DNA of 64,000 bases from Defluviicoccus sp. (GTDB lineage Bacteria > Pseudomonadota > Alphaproteobacteria > MPNO01), in contig JAJEHI010000048.1 of assembly GCA_022823775.1 (NCBI GenBank), positions 42,267-106,266 of the forward strand, in the 5' to 3' direction. Of the stretch, positions 9,781-18,717 are shown in pieces. The notes under the pieces were generated by a model. That model had not been told where the DNA came from. It searched no databases and was given only the letters and a program-made list of their open reading frames with translations. The position numbers and the translations under genes were made by a program. Position 1 is the first letter of the stretch, and every line of letters starts with the position of its first letter.

Positions 9781-10932
9781 TCAATAGGACCTCGGCAGGC
9801 CGAGAACGTGCTCGGCGATGTAGGAGAGCACGAAATTGTTGGAGATCGGCGCGATCCGGTAGAGCCGGGTCTCGCGGAACTTGCGTTCGATGTCGTACTC
9901 CTCGGCGAAGGCGAAGCCGCCATGGGTCTGCATGCACATGTCGGCCGCCTGCCACGACGCCTCGGACGCGAGGTACTTCGCCATGTTGGCCTGCTCGCCG
10001 CAGGGCTCGCCCGCCTCGAACAGCGCCGCCGCCTTCTTCACCATGAGGTCCGCCGCCTCGGTCTTCGCGTAGGCCTCGGCGATCGGGAACTGGACGCCCT
10101 GGTTCTGGCCGATCGGTCGGTCGAACACGCGGCGTTCGCCGGCATACTCGCTCGCCCTGCCGATGAACCAGCGCGCGTCGCCGATGCATTCGGCGGCGAT
10201 CAGGATGCGCTCGGCGTTCATCCCGTCGATGATGTAGCGGAAGCCCTTGCCCTCCTCGCCGACCAGGCTGTCGGCCGGGATGCGCAGATTGTCGAAGAAG
10301 ATCTCGGTCGTGGCGTGATTGATCATCGTGCGGATCGGGCGGATCTCGAGCCCGTTTCCGAGCGCCTTCCGCATGTCGACGATGAAGACGGAAAGCCCCT
10401 CGGTGCGCCGTTCGACCGCTTCCTTCGGCGTGGTGCGGGCGAGCAGGAGCATCAGGTCGGAATGCTCCGCCCGCGAGGTCCAGACCTTCTGACCGTTGAC
10501 GACATAGCCGTCATTGCCGTCCCGCACCGCCGTGGTCCGGAGGCTGAGGGTGTCGGTGCCGCTGGTGGGCTCGGTGACGCCGAAGGCCTGGAGGCGGAGG
10601 TCTCCCGAGGCGATCTTCGGGAGGTATTCGCTCTTCTGCGTCGCGCTGCCGTGCCGGAGCACGGTTCCCATCGTGTACATCTGGGCGTGGCAGGCCGCGC
10701 CGTTGCCGCCCGATTTCTGGATTTCCTCGAGGATCGCGGCCGCCGCCGAGATGCCGAGCCCGCTGCCGCCATATTCCTCCGGGATCAGGACGGAGAGGTA
10801 GCCGTTATCCGTCAGATCCTCGATGAACGCGGTCGGATAGGTCCGGTCGCGGTCGAGTTCGCGCCAGTATTCGCCGGGATAGTTGGCGCACAGCCTGGCG
10901 ACGGCGTCGCGGATTTCCGTGTACTCGTCCAT
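9781..10932 (-). CDS. Acyl-CoA dehydrogenase
   Basis: 383 aa. It has the FGVTEPTSGTD motif and the C-terminal ACAD domain; it is the first gene of the ACAD / CoA-transferase / hydratase operon. Confidence 0.85.
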   Translation of the reverse strand: MDEYTEIRDAVARLCANYPGEYWRELDRDRTYPTAFIEDLTDNGYLSVLIPEEYGGSGLGISAAAAILEEIQKSGGNGAACHAQMYTMGTVLRHGSATQKSEYLPKIASGDLRLQAFGVTEPTSGTDTLSLRTTAVRDGNDGYVVNGQKVWTSRAEHSDLMLLLARTTPKEAVERRTEGLSVFIVDMRKALGNGLEIRPIRTMINHATTEIFFDNLRIPADSLVGEEGKGFRYIIDGMNAERILIAAECIGDARWFIGRASEYAGERRVFDRPIGQNQGVQFPIAEAYAKTEAADLMVKKAAALFEAGEPCGEQANMAKYLASEASWQAADMCMQTHGGFAFAEEYDIERKFRETRLYRIAPISNNFVLSYIAEHVLGLPRSY

Positions 10933-11029
10933 CTGTCCCCGAACTTCCCGACCGGTCCCGCAGTGGCCCCGTTTGTACGCGCATAGTCACGCCGATCCAA
11001 GGGCCACGCCGGCCTTGAGCCTTGGATAT

Positions 11030-11076
11030 ACATTTTAATATGATATTGTTTGTCAATAGATATTGGAGACGAGACG
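11030..11076 (+). promoter_or_regulatory. AT-rich putative promoter/operator region upstream of vapBC
   Basis: An AT-rich stretch, tatacattttaatatgatattgtttgtcaatagatattggagacgagacg, in an otherwise ~70% GC context, immediately upstream of the vapB ATG. TA promoters are typically autoregulated by the antitoxin. Confidence 0.3.
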
Positions 11077-11307
11077 ATGCTGGTATCCAAGTGGGGCAAC
11101 AGCCTCGCCGTCCGGCTGCCGAGGTCGATGGTCGACGGCCTCGATCTGAAGTCCGGAGACCGGCTGGAAATCGTCTCCGCCACGGCGGAACGGGTGGTGC
11201 TCGCGAAGGACCGGCGGCGGGCGCGAGCGGTCGAGCGGATGCGCGCGCGCGCCTTGCCGCTGCCGGCGGACTATGTCTTCGACCGCGATGACGCCAACCT
11301 CCGGTGA
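11077..11307 (+). CDS. vapB: AbrB/MazE/SpoVT-family antitoxin (VapB)
   Basis: MLVSKWGNSLAVRLPRSMVDGLDLKSGDRLEI is a classic SpoVT/AbrB swapped-hairpin antitoxin N-terminus. Its stop overlaps the vapC GTG start. Confidence 0.7.
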   Translation: MLVSKWGNSLAVRLPRSMVDGLDLKSGDRLEIVSATAERVVLAKDRRRARAVERMRARALPLPADYVFDRDDANLR

Positions 11308-11711
11308 GCGCTTTCCTGGACACGAACCTGCTGATCTACGCGCAGTCCGCCGACCCGAAGGGCGAGATCGCGAGACAGGCGATCCTGACCGGCGGAACGA
11401 TCAGCGTTCATGTGGTGAACGAGTTCAGCGCCGTGCTCCGCCGCAAGTTCCGCCTCGAGTGGCACGAGATCGCGGATGCGGTGGACGACGTGCGGGCCGC
11501 GCTGGATCCGGTTCGCCCGGTCGGCATCGACACCTGGACCGCCGCCGTTGCCCTTGCTCGGCAGCACCGTTTCGAATTCTACGACTCGCTGATCCTCGCC
11601 TCGGCGCTCGAAGCCGGCTGCGATACCCTGTTGACCGAGGACATGCAATCCGGCCGCCGCATCGAGGGCCTGACGATCGTCAACCCGTTCGATACCGCTC
11701 CGAAGTCGTAA
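11304..11711 (+). CDS. vapC: PIN-domain ribonuclease toxin (VapC)
   Basis: 135 aa with the conserved acidic PIN residues FLDTN, NEF, FYDS and TEDM. GTG start, 4-bp overlap with vapB. Confidence 0.8.
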   Translation: MSAFLDTNLLIYAQSADPKGEIARQAILTGGTISVHVVNEFSAVLRRKFRLEWHEIADAVDDVRAALDPVRPVGIDTWTAAVALARQHRFEFYDSLILASALEAGCDTLLTEDMQSGRRIEGLTIVNPFDTAPKS

Positions 11712-11770
11712 GCCCCTCCCGAGCCCGCCCGTCCGCTTGACAGCGCACCCCGCCCCGGGGACCATCCGGC

Positions 11771-12943
11771 ATGCCTATCATCAACCGCATCGCCGAGTTC
11801 CACGAGGAGATGACGGGTTGGCGCCGCGACATTCACGCCCATCCCGAGACCGCCTTCGAGGAGCATCGGACGTCTCAATTCGTCGCCGACCGCCTGACCG
11901 AGTTCGGTATCGAGATCCACCGCGGCCTCGCCGGGACCGGCGTGGTGGGAACGCTGGCCGGCGCTCGCGGGGACGGGCCGTCGATCGGGCTCCGCGCCGA
12001 TCTGGACGCGCTCCATATCGAAGAGAAGAACGACTTCGATCACCGCTCGCAAACGCCCGGAAAGATGCATGCCTGCGGGCATGACGGGCACACGTCGATG
12101 CTGCTGGGCGCCGCCAAGTATCTCGCCGAGACGCGCAATTTCGCCGGCACGGTCCGGTTCATCTTCCAGCCGGCGGAAGAGAACGAGGGCGGCGCGCGGG
12201 TGATGGTCGAGGAGGGTCTGTTCGACAAGTTCCCGATGGAGCAGGTGTTCGGCATGCACAACATGCCGCGGGTCGAGATCGGCGAGATGGCGGTCCGTTC
12301 GGGACCCATGATGGCGGCGTTCGACATCTTCGAGGTCCGGGTCACCGGCCACGGCACCCACGCCGCCGCGCCCCATCTCGGCAGCGACGCCATCGTGGCC
12401 GCGGCCGAGATGGTGACGGCGCTCCAGACCATCCCGAGCCGCGTCGTCGATCCGCAGGAGTCGGTCGTCGTCACCGTCACCCAGATCCACGGCGGCGATA
12501 CCTGGAACGTGATCCCGGAGGACGTGATCCTGCGCGGCACCGTGCGCGCCTTCCTGCCCGAGGTCCAGGAGCTCGCGGAAACCTCGCTCAGGCGCATCGT
12601 CGCCGGGATCGCGGCGACGCACGGGCTCGAGGCAGCGGTCGATTACGAGCGGCGCTACCCGCCCACCATCAACCATGACGCGGAATCGGAACTGGCCGCC
12701 CGCGTCGCCGCCGAGGTGGTTGGCGTGGACAACGTTCATCGCGGCCTCCATCCCAAGATGGCGGCGGAGGATTTCTCCTTCATGCTCAACGAGCGGCCGG
12801 GCTGCTATGTCTGGCTCGGCAACGGCCCTGGCGACGGCGGCTGCCTCCTGCACAACCCGCATTACGATTTCAGGGACGAGGCGCTGCCGATCGGCGCGAG
12901 CTACTGGGCCCGGCTGGTGGAAACCCGCCTCGCGCCGCAGTAG
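11771..12943 (+). CDS. M20D-family amidohydrolase (hippurate hydrolase / N-acyl-amino-acid amidohydrolase-like)
   Basis: 390 aa. It contains the MHACGHDGH metal-binding motif and the PAEE motif typical of M20D peptidases. Confidence 0.85.
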   Translation: MPIINRIAEFHEEMTGWRRDIHAHPETAFEEHRTSQFVADRLTEFGIEIHRGLAGTGVVGTLAGARGDGPSIGLRADLDALHIEEKNDFDHRSQTPGKMHACGHDGHTSMLLGAAKYLAETRNFAGTVRFIFQPAEENEGGARVMVEEGLFDKFPMEQVFGMHNMPRVEIGEMAVRSGPMMAAFDIFEVRVTGHGTHAAAPHLGSDAIVAAAEMVTALQTIPSRVVDPQESVVVTVTQIHGGDTWNVIPEDVILRGTVRAFLPEVQELAETSLRRIVAGIAATHGLEAAVDYERRYPPTINHDAESELAARVAAEVVGVDNVHRGLHPKMAAEDFSFMLNERPGCYVWLGNGPGDGGCLLHNPHYDFRDEALPIGASYWARLVETRLAPQ

Positions 12944-13047
12944 CCGGCCTCCGCGGCGCCGCCGGAAACGTCGAGCGATGTTTGCGGCATTTGTTGCATT
13001 TACGGCACATATACCCCATCTTGCGTACAGATGACAAGGACGCCGCG

Positions 13048-13503
13048 ATGGCGAGAGAGAACGCGACGAGGATGGAACGCGGCCTCCCCAGTGACCGGGA
13101 TGCGGCGCTGGCCGGCCGGGCACGCCGTCGGCTGGCGTCATGGATCGAAGGGACGGATCCTGTGCCCGCACGATTCGGTACCGCGGTGGAGCCCGTCGAA
13201 ATTCCCACCTCCGCGATGCGGCTGCTCAAGGAGATCCTGGATCAGATGGCCGACGGCAACGGTGTCGCGCTGTTGCCGATGCACGCCGAACTGACCACGC
13301 GACAGGCGGCCGAACTCCTGCAAGTGTCGCGGACGCATCTTGTACAGTTGCTCGACGCGGGACGGATCCCCTGCCGAAAGGTGGGAGCGCACCGGAGGGT
13401 CCGCCCCGAGGACATCCTCGCCTACCGCAACGCGACCGAGTCCGGTCGCCGCCAGGCGCTCGACGAAATGACGGCCCGCGATCAGGAACTCGGCCTGCAG
13501 TAG
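13048..13503 (+). CDS. Helix-turn-helix (excisionase/MerR-like HTH) DNA-binding protein, putative antitoxin of the downstream PIN gene
   Basis: The HTH region is ELTTRQAAELLQVSRTHLVQLLDAGRIPCRKVG. A PIN gene follows 4 bp downstream, a known HTH-PIN toxin-antitoxin arrangement. Confidence 0.6.
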   Translation: MARENATRMERGLPSDRDAALAGRARRRLASWIEGTDPVPARFGTAVEPVEIPTSAMRLLKEILDQMADGNGVALLPMHAELTTRQAAELLQVSRTHLVQLLDAGRIPCRKVGAHRRVRPEDILAYRNATESGRRQALDEMTARDQELGLQ

Positions 13504-13506
13504 ACG

Positions 13507-14087
13507 ATGGCCGGCCCCACGGCGTTACTCGACGCCAATGTTCTCTATCCGGCCGGCCTTCGTGATTTCCTGCTTCGGTTGGCGGATCGGCGCTTGTATG
13601 CGCCGCTATGGAGCGCCGACATCCATGCGGAATGGATGCGGAATGGATGCGGAACCTCCTCGCCGATCGGCCCCACCTATCCGCCGATACGCTGGAGCGC
13701 ACACGCGCGGCCATGGACTGGCACTTTCCCGCAGCAGTGGTGACGGGATATGCCGCCCTTGCCGAGATGCTCGATCTACCGGACCCTGGCGATCGCCACG
13801 TACTGGCCGCGGCGATACCGGGGCGCGCGGACGTGATCGTGACTTGGAACCTGCGGCACTTCCCTGCCGACCGTCTCGCGTCCAGCGTCCTCGCGGCACG
13901 CAGCCCCGACGCGTTTATCGCGGGTCTGTTCGAGACCGGTCCCGAAGAGGTCGTGGCGGCCGTGCGCGGGCATCGCGCGGCGCTGAGAAACCCGCCGCGC
14001 TCAGCATCGGATCACTTGACCGCCCTCGAACGCGTCGGGCTGGCGAGGACGGCCGCGCTGCTCCGACCGCACGTGGGCGCCATTTGA
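13507..14087 (+). pseudogene. PIN-domain toxin gene disrupted by a +11 bp frameshift
   Basis: Frame 1 (13507..13743) encodes MAGPTALLDANVLYPAGLRDF...ADIHAEWMRN. The sequence continues only in another frame (13608..14087: ...EWMRNLLADRPHLS...HVLAAAIPGRADVIVTWNLRHF). Removing one copy of the duplicated GCGGAATGGAT restores a single ~190-aa PIN ORF. Confidence 0.65.
13617..13638 (+). repeat. Perfect 11-bp tandem duplication (GCGGAATGGAT x2) that frameshifts the PIN gene
   Basis: The sequence atccatGCGGAATGGATGCGGAATGGATgcggaacc is seen directly. 11 = 2 mod 3, which matches the observed frame change. Confidence 0.8.
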
Positions 14088-14278
14088 TCGGCGCGCGCCC
14101 CGTACGCAGAGGTCCAAGGCTGGATAGCCGCGCCCGCGCCCGGTATGTTCGGAATATTCCCACAGGCGACCGGCCGCCGATGTGCGGACCGTTCCGGTAA
14201 AGTGGAACACTGGCACGGACCGGACCTCGATCGGATGCCGGTCTCCGTATCGCGCCCGCGCAACAGGTGACAGGAACG

Positions 14279-15865
14279 ATGTCGAAGACAGACAGCTTCG
14301 CGGGGACGACGGTCTCCCGCTCTCCGGTTTACGGCACGAGGGGCATGGTGGTCTCCGGCCATTCTCTGGCTTCGCTCGCCGGGCTCCGCACCCTCGAACG
14401 CGGCGGCTCGATGGTGGACGCGATGATTGCCTGCTCCGCCGCGCTCTCGGTGGTGGTGCCGCAGGCGACCTCGCTCGGCGGCGATGCGTTCATCCTCTAT
14501 CACCGGGCGGAGGACGGGCGGACCATCGGCATGAACGCGTCCGGCCACGCGCCCGCAGGCGCGACGCTCGATGTCTACGAGGCGGGAATCCCGCACCGGG
14601 GGCCGCTCGCCTTCAGCGTGCCGGGGATGATCCGGGGCTGGGAGCGGATGCACGAGCGTTACGGCAAGCTCCCCTGGGCCGATCTCTTCGCCGACGCTGC
14701 GGCGCTGGCCGAGGCCCACCCGCTGTCGCGCGTCCTCGCCGGCGCGCTCAACCTCTTCCGCGAGGACGTCGAGGGCGACGCCGGCTGCCGCGACGTCTAC
14801 TACCCGGACGGCAAGCCGCTGCCGGCGGGCGCGATCGTGCGCCAGCCGGCGCTTGCTCGCACGGTGGGTCTGATCGCCGAGCACGGGAGTTCGGTCTTCT
14901 ACGAGGGCGAGATCGCGCAATCTATCGCCGCGTCCGCCCGGGCGCAGGGCGGGGTGGTCGCGGCCGACGACTTCGTCGGTTACGAGCCGGAATGGGTCGA
15001 GCCCGTGGAATCGGGCTACCGCGGGCTCACCATCCGGGTCATGCCGCCCAACTCCTACGGCGTGCTGATGCTGATGCAGCTCAACGCGCTCGACGGCGTG
15101 GACCCGGCGGAATTGAGCGGCGACGAGAGCAGGCGTCTCGCCTACCTGATGCGCGCCCAGCGCGCAGCTTTCGCCGCCGGGCAGAAGCACATCGCCGATC
15201 CGCGCACGAACCCCGCGCCGATCGACCGCCTGCTGGGCGACGAGACGACGGCGGCGCTGCGCGCAGAAGTGATGGGAGCCGCGCAACCCGCGCCCGCCAT
15301 GGCCCATCCCGCCGCCGGCACCTCCTGCATCACGATCGCCGACGGCGAGGGCGATGGGATATCGGTGGTGCAGAGCGTGTTCCACGTCTTCGGCAGCGCG
15401 TTCCTCGACCCCGGCACCGGCATCCTGATGAATAACCGGATGACCGGCTTCAGCATCGATCCGGAGAGCGCCAACGTGCTGGCGCCCAACAAGCGCCCCG
15501 CGCACACCCTCAACCCGGTGGCGGTCCTCGACGGCGACAGGGTTCGCTACCTGCTGACCACGCCGGGCGGGCCGAGCCAGACGCTGTCCCACGTCCAGAT
15601 CCTCAACAACCTGGTCGACCGGGGCATGGAGCTGACGGCGGCCATCGAGGCGCCGCGCTGGTCGATTACCCTGCAGGGCGAGACACTGCTCGACGAAGAG
15701 TTCGACGACGGCGTCGCCGACCGGCTGGCCGACGAAGGCTTCACCGTCAAGCGGGCCGCGGGCGCGGCCTATTTCGGGTCCGCCAAGGTGATCGAGGTCG
15801 CCAAGGACGGCGTGCTGATGGGAGCCGCCGACAGGCGCCGCGAGGCCTTCGCGGTCGGCGCCTGA
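14279..15865 (+). CDS. ggt: Gamma-glutamyltransferase family protein
   Basis: 528 aa. The GGT-family nucleophile region is GTSCITIADGEGDG and the C-terminal small-subunit motifs are present. The stop overlaps the next start (TGATG). Confidence 0.85.
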   Translation: MSKTDSFAGTTVSRSPVYGTRGMVVSGHSLASLAGLRTLERGGSMVDAMIACSAALSVVVPQATSLGGDAFILYHRAEDGRTIGMNASGHAPAGATLDVYEAGIPHRGPLAFSVPGMIRGWERMHERYGKLPWADLFADAAALAEAHPLSRVLAGALNLFREDVEGDAGCRDVYYPDGKPLPAGAIVRQPALARTVGLIAEHGSSVFYEGEIAQSIAASARAQGGVVAADDFVGYEPEWVEPVESGYRGLTIRVMPPNSYGVLMLMQLNALDGVDPAELSGDESRRLAYLMRAQRAAFAAGQKHIADPRTNPAPIDRLLGDETTAALRAEVMGAAQPAPAMAHPAAGTSCITIADGEGDGISVVQSVFHVFGSAFLDPGTGILMNNRMTGFSIDPESANVLAPNKRPAHTLNPVAVLDGDRVRYLLTTPGGPSQTLSHVQILNNLVDRGMELTAAIEAPRWSITLQGETLLDEEFDDGVADRLADEGFTVKRAAGAAYFGSAKVIEVAKDGVLMGAADRRREAFAVGA

Positions 15866-17538
15866 TGGCCGCGCCCGCCGACCTCGCGATCATCCGGGGC
15901 AAGGTGATCGCGGTCGACGCCAAGGGCACGATCGCGGAGGCCGTCGCGGTCGCCGGGGACAGGATCGCGGGCATCGGCTCCGCCGCCGAGATCGAACCGC
16001 TCATCGGTCCGGAAACCGTCCGGATAGACGCCCGGGGCCGCGCGGTCGTGCCGGGACTGATCGACGGCCATGCCCATTTGGACCGCGAGGGGCTGAAACC
16101 GGTCTTTCCCTCGCTCGCGGGCTGCCGATCCATCGACGATGTCCTGGCGCGCATCGAGGCGCTCGTCGCGGACGCCGAGCCCGGCGAGTGGATCGTCACC
16201 ATGCCCATCGGCGAGCCGCCCTATTACTGGGACGTGCCCGACAATCTCGCCGAAAAGCGCTTCCCGACGCGCTGGGAGCTGGACGGCGTATCGCCCGACA
16301 ACCCGGTCTATATCCGGCCGATCTGGGGCTTCTGGCGCCACATCCTGCCGCTCACCTCGGTCGCCAATTCGGCCGCGCTCGCCGCCGCGGGAATCGGGCG
16401 CGACACGCCCGACCCGTCCCCCTCCATCGAGATCGAACGCGACCCCGGCACCGGGGAGCCCAACGGCATAATCCACGAGCACACCTACATGCCGGTGATG
16501 GAGCTCAGCCATTTCAACCGGGCGCCCCGCTTCACCCATTCGGACCGGGTCGCGGGCATCAAGGCGGCGATGGCGATCTACAACCGGACCGGGACAACCA
16601 GCATCTTCGAGGAGCACGGCGCCGCGCAGGAGCTGATCCAGGCCTATCAAGCGGTAAACGCGGCGGGCGAGGCGACGGTCCGCGCCAACCTCGTCTTCAG
16701 CCCGTCCTGGGGACCGGAGCGCGACATCGACTACACCCACGCCCTGCGCTCATGGTCCGGCTGGCTCCGTGGCCGGGGGCTCGGCGACGACTGGCTGGCG
16801 GTGGGCGGTCTCTATACCGAGTTCGGCTTCGACGCGGACGCGCTGCTCCGGGCGCGGGCCTCCCCCTATACCGGCTGGTCGGGGTTCAACTACGATTGCG
16901 GCGTGCCGCGCGACCGCATGGTCGACTTCCTGGTCGAAGCCGCCCGCAACGGCATCCGCATCTGCGCGATATGGTCGGACTTCCTGCCGCTGTTCGAGGA
17001 AGTCGACAGGCGGGTGCCCATCGGCGACATGCGCTGGGTGCTGGGCCACATCAACACGCTGAGTCCGGACGAGATCCGGCGCGTCGCCGATCTGGGTCTC
17101 GTGCTGACCACCCACACCAACCGCTATATCCACAAGCAGTCGCACATCACGCGCGACGAGATCGGCCGCGAGCGCGAGAACGACATCGTGCCGATCAAGG
17201 CGCTGCTCGATGCCGGCGTGCATGTCGCGCTCGCCACCGACAACGTGCCGACCAGCCTGTTCTTCCCGGTCTGGCAGTCGATCGCGCGGGAGAACCTGCA
17301 TACCGGCGAGCGCATCGCCCCCGACCAGGCGCTGTCGCGCGCCGAAGCACTCCGCTGCGCCACCGTCGAGGGCGCCTGGCTTACCTTCGAGGAGGACCGC
17401 AAGGGCTCGCTCGAGGAGGGCAAGCTCGCCGATATGGCCGTGCTGTCCGACGACCCGCTCACCTGCCCGGAGGACGCGATCAGGGACATCGTCGCCGAGA
17501 CCGTCGTGGTCGGAGGCAAAATCGTCCGTGGGGGGTAG
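15865..17538 (+). CDS. Amidohydrolase-family metal-dependent hydrolase (Amidohydro_3 / YtcJ-like)
   Basis: 557 aa. PGLIDGHAHLD is the metal-binding HxH and the C-terminal amidohydrolase barrel ends in ...LADMAVLS. Confidence 0.8.
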   Translation: MAAPADLAIIRGKVIAVDAKGTIAEAVAVAGDRIAGIGSAAEIEPLIGPETVRIDARGRAVVPGLIDGHAHLDREGLKPVFPSLAGCRSIDDVLARIEALVADAEPGEWIVTMPIGEPPYYWDVPDNLAEKRFPTRWELDGVSPDNPVYIRPIWGFWRHILPLTSVANSAALAAAGIGRDTPDPSPSIEIERDPGTGEPNGIIHEHTYMPVMELSHFNRAPRFTHSDRVAGIKAAMAIYNRTGTTSIFEEHGAAQELIQAYQAVNAAGEATVRANLVFSPSWGPERDIDYTHALRSWSGWLRGRGLGDDWLAVGGLYTEFGFDADALLRARASPYTGWSGFNYDCGVPRDRMVDFLVEAARNGIRICAIWSDFLPLFEEVDRRVPIGDMRWVLGHINTLSPDEIRRVADLGLVLTTHTNRYIHKQSHITRDEIGRERENDIVPIKALLDAGVHVALATDNVPTSLFFPVWQSIARENLHTGERIAPDQALSRAEALRCATVEGAWLTFEEDRKGSLEEGKLADMAVLSDDPLTCPEDAIRDIVAETVVVGGKIVRGG

Positions 17539-17541
17539 ACG

Positions 17542-18630
17542 ATGAAGATCGCCGAACTCGACACCCCGGTGCTCCTGGTCGACGCCGACGCCTTCGAACG
17601 CAACGTGGCGCGGATGGCCGAGCTCTGCGCCGATGCCGGTGTCGCCTGCCGGCCGCACGCCAAGGCCCACAAGTCGCCCGAGGTCGCGCGGATCCAGATG
17701 GAGGCGGGCGCCGTCGGGATGTGCTGTGCCAAGCTGGGGGAGGCCGAGGTGATGTCGGCGGCCGGGATCGAGGACCTCCACATCACCACGCCGGTGGTGG
17801 GGGCCTCGAAAATCATGCGCCTGCTCGAGGCCGCCCGGCAGTCGCATGTCTCGGTCGTCGTCGACGACGCGGACAATATCTCGGATCTCGCCGCCGGGGC
17901 GCAAACGGCCGGATTGAGGCTCGACGTGCTGGTCGAGGTCGACGTGGGGCAGGGCCGTTGCGGGGTCCCGCCCGGACCGCGCGCGGCCGAGCTCGCCCGG
18001 CTGATCGACGGCCATCCCTGGCTCCATTTCCGCGGGCTCCAGGCCTATCATGGCCCGATCCAGATGCGGGGAGATGTCGCGGAACGTCGCGCGGGCGCCG
18101 CGGAGGCGCTGGAGAAGGCCGAGCTGTCCGCCCGGCCGATCCGCGAGGCCGGGCTGGAGATCGAGGTGCTGACCGGCGGCGGCACCGGCACTTCCGCTAT
18201 CGACGCCGCGGCCGGCGGGCTCACCGAGCTTCAGCCGGGCTCCTACATCTTCATGGACACCAACTACAGCGCCATCGGGTGGGAGGGCGCGCCGGCGCCG
18301 CCCTTCGAGAACGCGCTCACCCTCCTTGCCGGCGTGCTCAGCAAGCCCGCCCCCGGCCGCGCGATCCTCGATTCCGGCATGAAGGCGATCAGCGGCGACG
18401 GCGGTGCGCCGCGCGCGCCCGGTTATCCCGAGGCGGAATTCCGCTTCGCCGGCGACGAGCACGGCCAGCTTTCCTTCCCCGGCGAGGCGCCGCTCGAGGT
18501 GGGCGACAAGGTGACCCTGCTGCCGAGCCACTGCGACACCACGGTCAACCTCCACGACCGCTTCATCGTTACCCGCGGGGACGAGGTGGAGGGGGTCTGG
18601 GAAATCGCCGCGCGAGGGCGCTCTCAGTAG
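17542..18630 (+). CDS. DSD1-family PLP-dependent enzyme (D-serine dehydratase-like / alanine-racemase N-terminal fold)
   Basis: 362 aa. PLP-lysine context RPHAKAHKSPE; the TPVLLVD start is typical of DSD1 / D-threonine aldolase-like enzymes. Confidence 0.8.
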   Translation: MKIAELDTPVLLVDADAFERNVARMAELCADAGVACRPHAKAHKSPEVARIQMEAGAVGMCCAKLGEAEVMSAAGIEDLHITTPVVGASKIMRLLEAARQSHVSVVVDDADNISDLAAGAQTAGLRLDVLVEVDVGQGRCGVPPGPRAAELARLIDGHPWLHFRGLQAYHGPIQMRGDVAERRAGAAEALEKAELSARPIREAGLEIEVLTGGGTGTSAIDAAAGGLTELQPGSYIFMDTNYSAIGWEGAPAPPFENALTLLAGVLSKPAPGRAILDSGMKAISGDGGAPRAPGYPEAEFRFAGDEHGQLSFPGEAPLEVGDKVTLLPSHCDTTVNLHDRFIVTRGDEVEGVWEIAARGRSQ

Positions 18631-18717
18631 ACGGCCGGGCGTCGATCGGAGCGCGGCGCGACGCGTGCGCGGTCCGACGGGGCCGCCGCCGAGACCGCCG
18701 AATGTCGTCTTATCCGC

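Noticed and set aside
13617-13638. Possible CRISPR-like or microsatellite repeat
   Set aside because: There are only two copies of an 11-mer with no spacers. This is a simple tandem duplication inside a coding sequence and not a CRISPR array. No CRISPR arrays were seen elsewhere.
14012-15592. 526-aa minus-strand ORF antisense to the GGT gene
   Set aside because: It has no motifs and is R/G/A/H-rich; the sense strand encodes a canonical GGT.
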